The notes under the pieces are model-generated. The model was given only the letters and a program-made list of their open reading frames with translations, was not told the DNA's origin and ran no database searches. From an uncultured Tateyamaria sp. (GTDB lineage Bacteria > Pseudomonadota > Alphaproteobacteria > Rhodobacterales > Rhodobacteraceae), in contig CAJQRC010000001.1 of NCBI GenBank assembly GCA_905480645.1, positions 10,437 through 74,436 of the forward strand: a DNA stretch of 64,000 nt, in the 5' to 3' direction. Made by a program: the position numbers and the translations under genes. Below, one piece after another: positions 29,040 to 39,960 of the stretch. Position 1 is the stretch's first letter, and the number at the start of each line of letters is the position of its first letter.

Positions 29040-29680
29040 AGCGCGTAAGGAACTATTTTTTGTAAGTAACAGAATGACAGCATAGAGTTTACTGAAGCGA
29101 CGCTCTGTCATCAGCGACGCAAAAAAGCAATATAAAGTCAAGGCGAGCGCTTGGCAGTGTTGATCCGGCGTTCAAGTCTGTCCAGTCCATATTGTAAGAG
29201 CAAAAGATACGTATATTGGCTGTCTCACAACGCTGACAAGTCCTTGGGTTAGCATTTTCGGAAAAACTGGCTTAATCTTTTGCGCCATGGATATCCAGCC
29301 GAGAGCCCCGGACTGAACGTCAGCTCCAGCATAATAACTGGCCCAAACCAATATTACCCAAAACACTCCATATAAATCCAAAATCGTGACCAGTAGTATT
29401 CCCTCGGGCTGCCATCAAATAATTCCACTTGGTGTCTAAAAAACAAATAGAATAAACAGCTGGGTTGAAGCTATGATCGCATAGCTGTTGGTCGCCAATA
29501 TCTGGCCAAAAACTACAGGTGCAGGCTTAGTGAGTAATCTTCCACCTACTTTCGAAAGCAGAAAATAGCATACAATCGGGAATTGGAGTATCGAAGCGAA
29601 GTTCACTGCTACACATCAGGGGCGGGAACTAGTCCAAGACCTCGCGTCATGCCAAAGAACATCAATACAATCATCGTTTA
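29040..29680 (-). pseudogene. Decayed membrane methyltransferase (ICMT/PEMT/NnrU-like) gene
   Basis: Minus-strand fragments LTQGLVSVVRQPIYVSFALTIWTGQT* (compare GxYxxVRHPxYxG) and, after the stop, LTLYCFFASLMTERRFSKLYA (compare EERxLxxxFG). Upstream hydrophobic segments are broken by several stops. It may extend to about 29960. Confidence 0.5.
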
Positions 29681-30059
29681 TACAGCCGCTGCAGAAATAA
29701 CATTGTAAAAGTACCGTAAAACAACGCTATTATAAAAACTTTTGACTCTGCCGAGGTGCGAAGCATTCCCGACGCTTGGTTGGATAAGCGTTTGAGCGAG
29801 ATTGTATTACAAGCCTCTTCAATCCGTAGTTAGACTTTGTCGATATTAAGTCCAGAAAACACCGCCAGAAAGTAGTAGATTACCACCAGAGCAACTTGTT
29901 CAGAAATATCTATCAAAGTAGAACCTTTTTAAAAGCTTGACATGTCTCCTCTAAAGAGTCGTTTGTCCTCCAATACCTGACAAATAGCTACCATTTGATA
30001 TGAAATCGAATTGCTTTAGGTCCTAGTGGGTGTGAAAAGTCATTAGCCCAGGTTAGAAT

Positions 30060-30275
30060 ATGAGAGAAATTAAAGAATTATCTGAGGCCCATAAGAGCGA
30101 TATCATCGCCATGGCACTATCAGATCACATAAGCTTCGATGATATTACAAATGAATATGGTTTATCAGAAAAGAATGTAAAGGCGCTCATGCGGCACACT
30201 CTCAAGCCAGGGAGTTATAGAGCATGGCGGAAACGCGTCCGCTCTTTTGGCGATCGACGAGAACATTATAAATGA
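30060..30275 (+). CDS. TIGR03643/DUF2805-family small protein
   Basis: 71 aa: IIAMALSDHISFDDITNEYGLSEKNVKALMRHTLKPGSYRAWRKRV matches the DUF2805 pattern. Confidence 0.7.
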   Translation: MREIKELSEAHKSDIIAMALSDHISFDDITNEYGLSEKNVKALMRHTLKPGSYRAWRKRVRSFGDRREHYK

Positions 30276-30324
30276 TAATACAATTTACCGCCTCCCAAAA
30301 TATTTCTGCAGAAATTAACTTCTT

Positions 30325-31425
30325 TTAAACTTTGCTGATTTTATAAATAGCTTTATCTAACCAGTCCGGATTAACCTCAACACCCCAACCGGGTGCGTCA
30401 GTAACAGCAACATTACCATCCTTTATCTGAAAGGGCGAGCTTACGAAAAGGTCGCGCTGCCAAGGATAGTAATCTTCTTGCTCAATAGAAAATTCTAAAT
30501 ATTTGCCTGCGTTAGGTATAGCCCTGAGCAAGTGCATGGTAAAGAGTGTGACCATAGATAAGTTAGCACAGTGAGGCGTGACAGGAACGCAAGCCTTCTC
30601 TGCCATCTTAGCCACACGTAGAGTACGTGTAAGCCCTCCCAAGTAACAGATATCCGGCTGAATGATATCAACAACACGCTCCTCAATCATTTTTTGCCAG
30701 CTAGCCATCATACAATCCTGCTCCCCACCAGTCACATCGATTGCGAGAGCATCAGTAACTTCTTTTGTCTGAGTAAAGTCCCAATAGGGGCAAGGTTCCT
30801 CATAATGAGAAATCCCATTATCAATTAACAATTTGCCGACCTCAATCGCGCGTCTTGGATCATAACACGAATTTGCATCAACTAGTAGCGCCGCATCATC
30901 GCCTAGCGCCTTATAAATAACAGGTATAATTTCCTCAGTCCTGCCAGTCCACTCATCCTGATTTCGACCGACCTCTGAACCAATTCGAAACTTAAATGCG
31001 TCAAAGCCTTGTTCATCTCGCAAACGTAAGAAACGGGTGGCCTCGTCCTGTGCTGAAATATCTCGCTTCATGGATGAAGCGTAAGCACGCAAAGGACCTG
31101 AACTCCCACCTATCAAACTGCATACAGGCTTTTCAACTCGTTTACCTTTGATGTCCCAAAGAGCTGTATCCAACCCACTCATAGCTCGACGTAGGTAAGA
31201 TCCAGGAAATTTGTGTTCACGGTCACGAACTGTATCTAACAAGTCACCAATATCATCGCCATCTTTTCCTAAGACATACGGAGCCACCTGCCGGTGCACA
31301 ACTTGGGCAGTAATATCGGCATAATACGGAGCCACTTGCCCCCATCCCTGTTCACCATTCTCACACGTTACGCGGGTAAAACAGACAAATTCATTTGTGA
31401 ATGTCTCAATTGATTTAATCTTCAT
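30325..31425 (-). CDS. Enolase-superfamily enzyme (mandelate racemase/muconate lactonizing family)
   Basis: Metal ligand motifs LVDAN, YEEP and GGEQD, plus a catalytic His region (VTPHC). 366 aa. Confidence 0.85.
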   Translation of the reverse strand: MKIKSIETFTNEFVCFTRVTCENGEQGWGQVAPYYADITAQVVHRQVAPYVLGKDGDDIGDLLDTVRDREHKFPGSYLRRAMSGLDTALWDIKGKRVEKPVCSLIGGSSGPLRAYASSMKRDISAQDEATRFLRLRDEQGFDAFKFRIGSEVGRNQDEWTGRTEEIIPVIYKALGDDAALLVDANSCYDPRRAIEVGKLLIDNGISHYEEPCPYWDFTQTKEVTDALAIDVTGGEQDCMMASWQKMIEERVVDIIQPDICYLGGLTRTLRVAKMAEKACVPVTPHCANLSMVTLFTMHLLRAIPNAGKYLEFSIEQEDYYPWQRDLFVSSPFQIKDGNVAVTDAPGWGVEVNPDWLDKAIYKISKV

Positions 31426-31748
31426 AAGGCCTCATGCCGTATAATGGTGAAACATTTTGTTGACGATACAAAACTTTGGCTATTTATCAATGGATAAGAC
31501 CCAATCGGTTTTTACAATGAAGCGAAAGGTATGAAAGAATCGCAGATAGCACTAATCATAGCAGCAACTATGTTTGCCAAAAGCGCCTCTGTTTGATCCT
31601 AATATTTAACATAGGCTATCAGATACGAACATTTGTGAGAGTCTAAAGTCATTTTAGTATATGTTTTCGTGTTCTTGTCAGTGCATTTTAATTAATTTCA
31701 AAAAGTACCTGGCCCGTCATAAAGTTGATATTGTAAGGCAATTACCCA

Positions 31749-33374
31749 ATGGACTTTGATTTTATAATAGTTGGCGCCGGCTCGGCGGGGTGCGTTTTGG
31801 CAAACAGATTGAGCGAAAATGAAAAATACTCAGTGCTTTTGCTAGAGGCCGGCGGCAGTGATCTACATCCATGGGTTTGGATGCCTATTGGGTACGGGAA
31901 AGCTTTTTATCACAAATGTCTTAACTGGATGTATGAAACGCAACCTAACCCCGCATTGAACAATCGTAAATCATATTGGCCACGTGGGCGAGTTATGGGT
32001 GGATCTAGCAGTATTAATGCTATGGTATACATCCGAGGTCAGCATGCAGACTTTGATGATTGGGCAGCTATGGGCAACCCTGGTTGGAGCTGGAATGACG
32101 TACTGCCCTATTTTATAAAGTCAGAAACTAACGACAAAGGAGGAAGCGATCTACGTGGTAGCCACGGGCCATTACATATTTCAACAATGGATCCATTCCT
32201 GCATCCTCTTTGTAACACTTTCATTGAGGCAGGGGGAGAAATCCAATGGCCATACAACCCTGATTTCAATGGCCCCCACCAAGAAGGGGTTGGCACCTAT
32301 CAAAACACGGCCAAAGGTGGCTTTCGAATGTCTGCTGCAAGAGCCTATATTACACCCGCCAAAAAACGTAGAAATTTGAAAATTGAAAAAAATTCCTTGA
32401 CCACAAAAGTACTTTTTCAAAGCACACGTGCAACTGGGGTGACTTATCGGCAAGGCGGAAAGTCAAAACAGGCGACTGCGAGGCGTGAGGTGATTTTATC
32501 AGCGGGTGCCATAAACTCACCGCAATTGTTGCAGTTGTCTGGCGTTGGTCCAGGACCTATTTTGCGCTCCCACGGAATTAAAGTGCATCACAACCTTCCT
32601 GGTGTCGGGCGCAATCTGCAGGACCACTTAGCAGTAGATTTCTTTTATCGCTCAACTGTTCCCACTTTAAACGACCAGTTACATTCATGGCAGGGTAAAC
32701 TATGGCAAGGTCTTCGCTATGTACTTAGTCGCGGTGGGCCTCTTTCTTTAGGTGTAAATCAGGCAGGTGGGTTCATAAAATCAAATCCCAGCACACCACG
32801 CCCTAACATCCAGTTATACTTTTCGCCCGTAAGTTACACAAAAGCACCAGCTGGCAAACGTCCACTAATGAATCCTGATCCATTTTCCGGTTTTCTGACA
32901 GGCGCACAGCCAACGCGTCCCACCAGCAGAGGATTTATAGAGATAAAATCCGCTAACCCACTGGTCGCACCTTTGATCCAACCTAACTATCTTAGCACTG
33001 AAATAGATGTTCAGGAAATACTGGAGGGCACACGGTTGCTACGCAAACTTGCCAAAAGCCCTCCATTGGCAAAAATAATCGAAAGCGAAATACACCCTGG
33101 TCAAAACGTTCAAACAGATGATGAATTAATGGCTTATATTCGAGAAACTGCTGGCACCGTCTATCACCCAGTGAGCACATGCAAAATGGGGCCAAACGCA
33201 AGCAGTGATGTGGTAGATAATCAACTACGGGTTCATGGGTTGTACGGACTGCGTGTTGTAGATGCTTCGATTTTTCCCACTGTCACCTCAGGTAATACCA
33301 ACGCACCCACTATCATGGTAGGCGAGAAAGCCGCTGATATAATCCTATCAGCCCATGGAGAGAAAAATATCTAG
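31749..33374 (+). CDS. GMC-family FAD oxidoreductase (choline dehydrogenase-like)
   Basis: [20 protein letters not shown]..., [14 protein letters not shown], and C-terminal HPVSTCKMG...DASIFP. Confidence 0.9.
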   Translation: MDFDFIIVGAGSAGCVLANRLSENEKYSVLLLEAGGSDLHPWVWMPIGYGKAFYHKCLNWMYETQPNPALNNRKSYWPRGRVMGGSSSINAMVYIRGQHADFDDWAAMGNPGWSWNDVLPYFIKSETNDKGGSDLRGSHGPLHISTMDPFLHPLCNTFIEAGGEIQWPYNPDFNGPHQEGVGTYQNTAKGGFRMSAARAYITPAKKRRNLKIEKNSLTTKVLFQSTRATGVTYRQGGKSKQATARREVILSAGAINSPQLLQLSGVGPGPILRSHGIKVHHNLPGVGRNLQDHLAVDFFYRSTVPTLNDQLHSWQGKLWQGLRYVLSRGGPLSLGVNQAGGFIKSNPSTPRPNIQLYFSPVSYTKAPAGKRPLMNPDPFSGFLTGAQPTRPTSRGFIEIKSANPLVAPLIQPNYLSTEIDVQEILEGTRLLRKLAKSPPLAKIIESEIHPGQNVQTDDELMAYIRETAGTVYHPVSTCKMGPNASSDVVDNQLRVHGLYGLRVVDASIFPTVTSGNTNAPTIMVGEKAADIILSAHGEKNI

Positions 33375-33378
33375 AAAA

Positions 33379-34647
33379 ATGTTTACATCTGATTTTAAAA
33401 CTGAACCGTACTGGTGGGACGCCGTTCCTCGCGAACCGGCTGAACCATATGACATTCCGGCCAAAGTTGACGTTCTAATCGTGGGTTCTGGCTATACGGG
33501 ATTGCACGCGGCACTGAAAACTGCGCGAGCAGGCCGCTCCACGCTTGTGCTTGATGCACAGCAGATCGGCTACGGCGCCAGCAGTCGCAATGGAGGGCAA
33601 ATCTCCAACTCTATAAAGTTAAATTTACTAGAGCTGACAAAAAAATTTGGCACAGACATGGCAGCCAAAATCTCTATCGAGGGTAAAGCATCACGCGATT
33701 ACATTGAAAGCTTTGTAAAAGAGGAAGGGTTAGATTGTAATTTTAAAGTAGTGGGCAGATTTGATGGAGCACACACACCAAAGCAATATGAAAAACTTGC
33801 CAAAACAGCTGGTGAAGATGGTTCTTTCATGGTGCCACTCGCCGATCAGCATTCAGAGCTCGGCACAGACTTTTATTATGGTGGTATAGTGCGCCCCAAC
33901 CACGCCAGCATTCACCCAGCACTTTATCATAGGGGTTTGCTATCGCTTGTGCGGCAAGCTGGAGCAGGAGTTGGAGGCAATTGTAAGGTTACTTCCATAA
34001 AATTTCAAAATAATGGCTATTTAGTTGAGACACCGACACAATCAGTTCAGGCAAAGCGCGTTATTATCGCGACCAATGGTTACACCACCAAAGTTACGCC
34101 TGAACTTCAAAAGCGGGTAATACCAATCGGATCTTACATAATCGCAACAGAGGAATTGCCAAAAGATGTGATGGATCGTTTGATGCCGAAAAACCGAATG
34201 CTTTGCGATACTCGGAAAATGGTCTTTTACTACCGGCCCTCACCCGACAGGAAGCGTATCTTGTTTGGTGGACGCGTATCATTAAACGAGTCCGACCCAG
34301 TAGCCACGGCCAAACCGCTACGAAACGAACTAATTCGCATATTTCCCGAACTTAAAAAAGTAAAGATTAGTCATTCTTGGTCAGGTTTTGTGGCATTTAC
34401 TTTCGATAAACTTATGCATGTTGGACGGCAAAAAGAGATGTATTATGCAATGGGGTACTGTGGTTCCGGTGTGGGTATGGCCAGCTATCTCGGTATGAAA
34501 ATAGGTCTGATGGCCGCAGACGATGCGACCGGACAGACGGCTTTTTCTGAAATACCATTTTTAGGCCGCCTATATTATCAAGGAAACCCATGGTTCATGG
34601 GCCCAACCATTTCCTATTACCGTCTTCACGATCGGTTAAGCCTGTAA
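33379..34647 (+). CDS. FAD-dependent oxidoreductase (DAO family, gamma-glutamylputrescine-oxidase-like)
   Basis: DVLIVGSGYTGLHAALKTARAG gives a DAO-type fold. ATG 33379 lies just after the GMC stop; an alternative start is 33355. Confidence 0.85.
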   Translation: MFTSDFKTEPYWWDAVPREPAEPYDIPAKVDVLIVGSGYTGLHAALKTARAGRSTLVLDAQQIGYGASSRNGGQISNSIKLNLLELTKKFGTDMAAKISIEGKASRDYIESFVKEEGLDCNFKVVGRFDGAHTPKQYEKLAKTAGEDGSFMVPLADQHSELGTDFYYGGIVRPNHASIHPALYHRGLLSLVRQAGAGVGGNCKVTSIKFQNNGYLVETPTQSVQAKRVIIATNGYTTKVTPELQKRVIPIGSYIIATEELPKDVMDRLMPKNRMLCDTRKMVFYYRPSPDRKRILFGGRVSLNESDPVATAKPLRNELIRIFPELKKVKISHSWSGFVAFTFDKLMHVGRQKEMYYAMGYCGSGVGMASYLGMKIGLMAADDATGQTAFSEIPFLGRLYYQGNPWFMGPTISYYRLHDRLSL

Positions 34648-34743
34648 GTAGTAATGGTATTAGCAACGTTATCCATAGGTAAAATCTCAAAATTCAGAAA
34701 TTAAAATTCGAACAAATTTTCGAAAACTTAAATTAAATTTCCT

Positions 34744-35646
34744 TTAATCTGGTAAACTCAAAAAGGGGGACAAACTATCTCTGAAACATCTTAAAAAATC
34801 CAGGACCAGAGGAGAGTTTCCTCCAGTTCGTGGACGCAAAAGTGATAAGCGATGCATAATTTTTGGCTGGAATGGACGATATTCTAAGGAGCCTCTATAC
34901 TGCTGAGCTGCATCAAGCAAACTAACAATAGCGACACCTTGACCCTCACTTACAATCGTACAAGCTGAAGAAAATTGGCGTACCTCAATCCAGGAATTCA
35001 TCTTTTCATTACAATCAGCAAAAGCCTGCTTAAGATGATTAAAAAAAGCACTATCTCTGCGTGAGTGGATTAACTTTTCAGCCCGCAAATCGACCGGCGT
35101 GATCACCTTCTTATGCGTCAACCAATGCCCCGAAGGTATTATACATACGGCTGGAATGGCAACATCGTGGCTTTCAGTAGCAGGATGTCCGTTGAATCCG
35201 TCAGTTATACCACAATCATATTGCTGGCCAATAATCCATTCCAGAATTCGTTCGGGGCGATCTGGTTCTAACGTTACTGTAACCTGCGGTCGATCTTTAA
35301 GGAAATCAGCCAGTACGCTAGGCAAGTGCGCCGTTGCAAAGCCAGGGAGGCAAGCAATCCTTAAATGGCCTGCAGTACGCTTCTTCAAGTTATGACGCAG
35401 GTCTTCAAGATGGTTAAGACTTTCGAAGACCCTAGCAGTCTCGGCTAGCATGTATTCAGCTTCTTGAGTTGGAATTAAAACACCATCTTTACGTCTAAAT
35501 AATTCAAAATCTACTGTCTTTGAAAAGTCTGCTAGCAATCTGCTTACCGCTGGCTGCGAGACGCCTAGTACTACTGCCGCTCTTGTGACAGAACCAGCTT
35601 GAGCTATCGCACGAAACGCGTCAAGTTGTCTGAGTTTAAAATTCAA
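34744..35646 (-). CDS. LysR-family transcriptional regulator
   Basis: NFKLRQLDAFRAIAQAGSVTRAAVVLGVSQPAVSRLL is the HTH. The likely start is TTG 35646 after AAGGACAGG; the track start 35697 adds 17 atypical residues. Confidence 0.88.
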   Translation of the reverse strand: MNFKLRQLDAFRAIAQAGSVTRAAVVLGVSQPAVSRLLADFSKTVDFELFRRKDGVLIPTQEAEYMLAETARVFESLNHLEDLRHNLKKRTAGHLRIACLPGFATAHLPSVLADFLKDRPQVTVTLEPDRPERILEWIIGQQYDCGITDGFNGHPATESHDVAIPAVCIIPSGHWLTHKKVITPVDLRAEKLIHSRRDSAFFNHLKQAFADCNEKMNSWIEVRQFSSACTIVSEGQGVAIVSLLDAAQQYRGSLEYRPFQPKIMHRLSLLRPRTGGNSPLVLDFLRCFRDSLSPFLSLPD

Positions 35647-35745
35647 AGGCCTGTCCTTTGTAAGATTGAAAATTATTTTCAATGCTAAACATAACATTTC
35701 ATTATAAGTTATATCAAAATTCTTTGGCTTGCATTATTATTCTGA

Positions 35746-35765
35746 CTGCTTAGAATTTTAAGCAG
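35746..35765. promoter_or_regulatory. Perfect 7-bp inverted repeat (CTGCTTA-N6-TAAGCAG) between the LysR gene and ugpB
   Basis: Read directly, about 20 nt upstream of the ugpB start. Could be an operator or a 5'-UTR hairpin. Confidence 0.3.
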
Positions 35766-35785
35766 AAACAATAGGGAGCAATATT

Positions 35786-37087
35786 ATGTCGTGGAAAACC
35801 ATTTGCCTGAGTGCGGCTGTAATTTCAGTCAATGCCAGTATGAGCATAGCACAAACTGAAATTCAGTGGTGGCATGCAATGGGTGGTACTAATGGCGAGC
35901 GCGTAGATAAAATCGCAGCCGACTTTAATGCCAGCCAGTCCAATTATAAAATCGTGCCAAGCTATAAAGGGAACTATACCGAGACCATGACCGCGGCAGT
36001 CGCTGCGTTTCGTGCAAAAGAACATCCGCATCTCGTTCAAGTTTTTGAAGTGGGAACAGCTACTATGATGGCGGCCAAAGGTGCCATCTACCCTGTAGAG
36101 CAAATGATGAATGACGCAGGTGAACCTTTTGAGAAGACTGATTTTTTGCCAGCTGTGATCTCCTATTACCAAACATCAGATGGCGAGCTTCTCTCTATGC
36201 CATTTAACAGTTCCACACCTGTTCTGTGGTATAATGTAGACGCTATTAACGCAGCAGGCGTAAAGGCACCAAAAACATGGGGTGACGTCAAAACAGTGGC
36301 TCAGGCACTTGTAGACAATGGTATGGAATGTGGGCTGAGTTTTGGCTGGCAGTCATGGGTAATGATCGAAAACTTTTCTGCCTGGCACAACCTAGCGGTA
36401 GGCACTGAAGAAAATGGCTTTGCTGGTTTTAATACCAAATTCACCTTCAACAACGATAGAGTTGCTGCACGCCTTGATGATATAGCCTCAATGTCTGACG
36501 GAAACCTATTTAAGTACGGCGGCCGCCGTGGCGACAGCTTGCCGATGTTTACAAATGGCGAATGTGGTATGTGGATAAACTCATCTGCGTACTATGGCTC
36601 CATCAAATCACAAGCTAAATTTAAGTTTGCACAAACTATGTTGCCGCTGGATACAACCATTACTGAGACACCGCAGAACTCAATCATTGGTGGTGCAACA
36701 CTCTGGGTGCTCTCCGGACACGAGTCTGATGAGTATAAAGGTCTGGCCAAATTCATGACATACCTCTCATCTGCAGATGTACAAGCTTGGTGGCACCAAG
36801 AAACTGGATATGTTCCGATCACCACTGCTGCTTACGAACTCAGCAACGAGCAAGGTTTTTACGACAGTAATCCAGGTACAGATACGGCTATCCAGCAGCT
36901 AAGTCTGAATACACCAACTGCAAACTCAAGAGGTGTTCGCTTTGGAAACTTCGTACAAGTTCGTGATGTCATCAACGAAGAAATGGAAGCAATTTGGGCA
37001 GGTGACAAAACCGCTAAAGAAGCCTTGGATGCAGCAGCCAAACGCGGCGACGCGCTACTTCGCAAGTTTGAACGTTCTGTAAAATAA
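35786..37087 (+). CDS. ugpB: sn-glycerol-3-phosphate ABC transporter substrate-binding protein
   Basis: [10 protein letters not shown]...[18 protein letters not shown]...[18 protein letters not shown] closely follows the UgpB pattern. Confidence 0.9.
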   Translation: MSWKTICLSAAVISVNASMSIAQTEIQWWHAMGGTNGERVDKIAADFNASQSNYKIVPSYKGNYTETMTAAVAAFRAKEHPHLVQVFEVGTATMMAAKGAIYPVEQMMNDAGEPFEKTDFLPAVISYYQTSDGELLSMPFNSSTPVLWYNVDAINAAGVKAPKTWGDVKTVAQALVDNGMECGLSFGWQSWVMIENFSAWHNLAVGTEENGFAGFNTKFTFNNDRVAARLDDIASMSDGNLFKYGGRRGDSLPMFTNGECGMWINSSAYYGSIKSQAKFKFAQTMLPLDTTITETPQNSIIGGATLWVLSGHESDEYKGLAKFMTYLSSADVQAWWHQETGYVPITTAAYELSNEQGFYDSNPGTDTAIQQLSLNTPTANSRGVRFGNFVQVRDVINEEMEAIWAGDKTAKEALDAAAKRGDALLRKFERSVK

Positions 37088-37166
37088 AGTTTTCACCTAT
37101 CCAGTGCCCGGCAACTTCAGTGTTGTCGGGCACCATTTTCTACAGCTCCAATTTAAGAGGCAAAAA

Positions 37167-38048
37167 GTGCTTAAACGCGTCCACTTTCCGTCTTCGCCAT
37201 TGCCTTACCTTCTGGTCGCACCACAGATCTTAATCACTTTAATATTTTTTATCTGGCCCGCTGTACAGGCAGTCTATCAATCCTTTCTAATTGAAGACGC
37301 CTTTGGGCTTTCAACAGAATTTGTTTGGTTTGAAAATTTCATATTTTTATTTGATGATGATCAATATCTGTCTTCATTTAGCCGAACAATCTTCTTTTCG
37401 ATTGCGGTAGCTTTCCTATCGATGTCAGTCGCACTTTTACTAGCAGGATTTGCTGACAGAGTTGTCCGCGGAGCGACCGCTTATAGAACACTCTTGATCT
37501 GGCCTTACGCAGTAGCGCCAGTAATGGCTGGAGCACTTTGGGTGTTTATGTTCAACCCGACGCTTGGTATCTTCCCTTTTTTACTTGATATGGTTGGGGT
37601 CGACTGGAACCATTATTTAAATGGTGGTCAGGCCATGGCTCTAGTGATTATCGCTGCAGCTTGGAAACAAATAGCTTATAATTTCTTATTTTATTTAGCC
37701 GCGATGCAATCAATTCCAAGCTCAGTTATCGAAGCAGCCGCAATTGACGGTGCCGGACCGTTACGTCGGTTCTGGGATTTTGTCTTCCCACTGATTTCAC
37801 CAACAACTTTTTTTCTAATAGTTATTAATGTCGTTTATGCATTTTTCGACACTTTCGGTATCATTCATGCTATTACTCAAGGAGGTCCAGCGAATGCTAC
37901 AACTATTCTAGTATACAAAGTCTATAATGACGGCTTTGTTGGACTCGACCTTGGCGGATCTGCCGCACAATCTGTGATATTGATGATTATGGTAATTGCA
38001 ATAACCGTAGTCCAGTTCCGCTATGTCGAGAGAAAGGTGGAGTACTGA
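37167..38048 (+). CDS. ugpA: sn-glycerol-3-phosphate ABC transporter permease
   Basis: MalF-type permease with [21 protein letters not shown] prefer GTG 37167 after AGAGG, giving a ~293 aa product. Confidence 0.88.
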   Translation: MLKRVHFPSSPLPYLLVAPQILITLIFFIWPAVQAVYQSFLIEDAFGLSTEFVWFENFIFLFDDDQYLSSFSRTIFFSIAVAFLSMSVALLLAGFADRVVRGATAYRTLLIWPYAVAPVMAGALWVFMFNPTLGIFPFLLDMVGVDWNHYLNGGQAMALVIIAAAWKQIAYNFLFYLAAMQSIPSSVIEAAAIDGAGPLRRFWDFVFPLISPTTFFLIVINVVYAFFDTFGIIHAITQGGPANATTILVYKVYNDGFVGLDLGGSAAQSVILMIMVIAITVVQFRYVERKVEY

Positions 38049-38899
38049 TGATTGAAAATCGTCCGTTTTTAAATCTGATTTCCCATTTCATACTACTTTT
38101 TGGTATAGCTATCGTGGCTTTGCCTATTTGGATCACTTTTGTAGCTTCCACACACGACGCATTGCGCATGACCCAATCTCCTATACCAATGATGCCGGGA
38201 ACCTATTTCTGGGAAAACTTCAAACAAACTTTATTTGGCGGTGGCTTATCTGGATCAGAAACTGTCCCAGTCTGGCGGATGTTACTGAATTCTCTGACTA
38301 TGGCACTAATGATCTCAATGGGAAAAATTTCTATCTCGTTAATTTCAGCGTTTGCTATTGTGTACTTTAAATTTCCATTCCGTATGGGTTTTTTCTGGAT
38401 GATTTTTATTACTTTAATGCTGCCCGTTGAGGTGCGAATTCTGCCTACATTTGAAGTAGTAGCCAATCTAGGTATGTTGAACAGCTATTGGGGACTGTCA
38501 GTCCCATTAATAGCTTCAGCAACTGCAACTTTTATGTTCCGCCAAGTATTTCTGACCATTCCAGACGAAATGCTAGAAAGTGCGCGTATCGACGGCGCAG
38601 GTCCGTTCAGATTCTTCTGGGACATACTACTTCCACTAAGCCGCACCAATATTGCAGCGCTATTTGTAATACTCTTTATCTATGGCTGGAATCAATATCT
38701 TTGGCCACTGCTAATAACTACAGATTCTGACATGACAACCATAGTAATGAGCATCAAGCAAATGCTTGAAGCCGCCGAACAATCCCCACAATGGAACATA
38801 ATTATGATGACCGCCCTTCTGGCGATGCTCCCACCTGTATTTGTGGTAGTTTCCATGCAAAAACTCTTTGTTAAGGGGTTAACTGAGACAGATAAGTAG
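38048..38899 (+). CDS. ugpE: sn-glycerol-3-phosphate ABC transporter permease
   Basis: ESARIDGAGPFRFFWDILLP. ATGA-type overlap with ugpA. Confidence 0.9.
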   Translation: MIENRPFLNLISHFILLFGIAIVALPIWITFVASTHDALRMTQSPIPMMPGTYFWENFKQTLFGGGLSGSETVPVWRMLLNSLTMALMISMGKISISLISAFAIVYFKFPFRMGFFWMIFITLMLPVEVRILPTFEVVANLGMLNSYWGLSVPLIASATATFMFRQVFLTIPDEMLESARIDGAGPFRFFWDILLPLSRTNIAALFVILFIYGWNQYLWPLLITTDSDMTTIVMSIKQMLEAAEQSPQWNIIMMTALLAMLPPVFVVVSMQKLFVKGLTETDK

Positions 38900-38907
38900 G
38901 CAGAAAA

Positions 38908-39960
38908 ATGGCAACTATAACTTTTAAGGGGCTCGTTAAGGCTTATGGCCAAACAAAGGTCCTGCATCACATTGACGGTAAAATAGGCGATGGAGAATTC
39001 ATAGTGATTGTCGGACCCTCGGGGTGTGGAAAATCCACACTTTTGCGCATGGTCGCGGGGCTTGAAACAATAACCTCTGGAGAGATCAGTATTGGTGAAA
39101 AAATTGTTAACCAATTAGAACCTGCAGACCGTGATATTGCCATGGTTTTTCAGAACTATGCTCTCTATCCGCATATGTCGGTTCGTGAAAATATGGCGTA
39201 TGGTCTGAAAATTCGAAAAACTAGTAAAGTTGAAATCAAACGAATAGTCGAAGAAACTGCAGATATTTTAGAAATTCGACCTCACCTAGATCGCAAACCC
39301 CGACAATTATCAGGGGGACAGCGTCAACGCGTTGCTATGGGGCGTGCGATTGTGCGCGATCCACAGGTTTTCCTATTCGATGAACCATTATCTAACTTAG
39401 ATGCCAAACTTCGCGTACAGATGCGACTGGAAATCCGCAAGCTACAGAAGAGGCTTGGCGTGACATCGATCTATGTTACCCATGATCAAGTTGAAGCTAT
39501 GACTTTAGGCGACAGGCTCATGGTTTTAAACGATGGAAAAGTCGAACAATTTGGCACTCCGATAGAGCTTTACGATCGACCTGCCACAGTCTTTGTTGCT
39601 GGGTTTATTGGAAGTCCAGCTATGAACTTCATCCCAGCAAAAGTGAACATTGGCAATCTGTCGCTTAATAACGGCATAGATCTTGGCAGTGTAAGTATTG
39701 CAAATGGTGAAGTGATTTTGGGTATCCGCCCCGAACATTTAATCTTAGATTCTAACGGTTTTTTTAAAATAACAGTTGGATTACTTGAGCATCTAGGAGC
39801 CACGACATTATTACATGGCACCATTGAAAACAGCGACACTGAAATTACCGCAAGCTTACCAGGTCATATGACCTTCGAGAGTGGCTCGGTGATCAGCTTT
39901 TCTATGCCTACTGAACTGCACCATGTATTTGACCCTAGATCAGGTAGACGGATAAACTAA
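38908..39960 (+). CDS. ugpC: sn-glycerol-3-phosphate ABC transporter ATP-binding protein
   Basis: GPSGCGKSTLLR, LSGGQRQRVAMGRA and a MalK-like C-terminal regulatory domain. Confidence 0.92.
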   Translation: MATITFKGLVKAYGQTKVLHHIDGKIGDGEFIVIVGPSGCGKSTLLRMVAGLETITSGEISIGEKIVNQLEPADRDIAMVFQNYALYPHMSVRENMAYGLKIRKTSKVEIKRIVEETADILEIRPHLDRKPRQLSGGQRQRVAMGRAIVRDPQVFLFDEPLSNLDAKLRVQMRLEIRKLQKRLGVTSIYVTHDQVEAMTLGDRLMVLNDGKVEQFGTPIELYDRPATVFVAGFIGSPAMNFIPAKVNIGNLSLNNGIDLGSVSIANGEVILGIRPEHLILDSNGFFKITVGLLEHLGATTLLHGTIENSDTEITASLPGHMTFESGSVISFSMPTELHHVFDPRSGRRIN

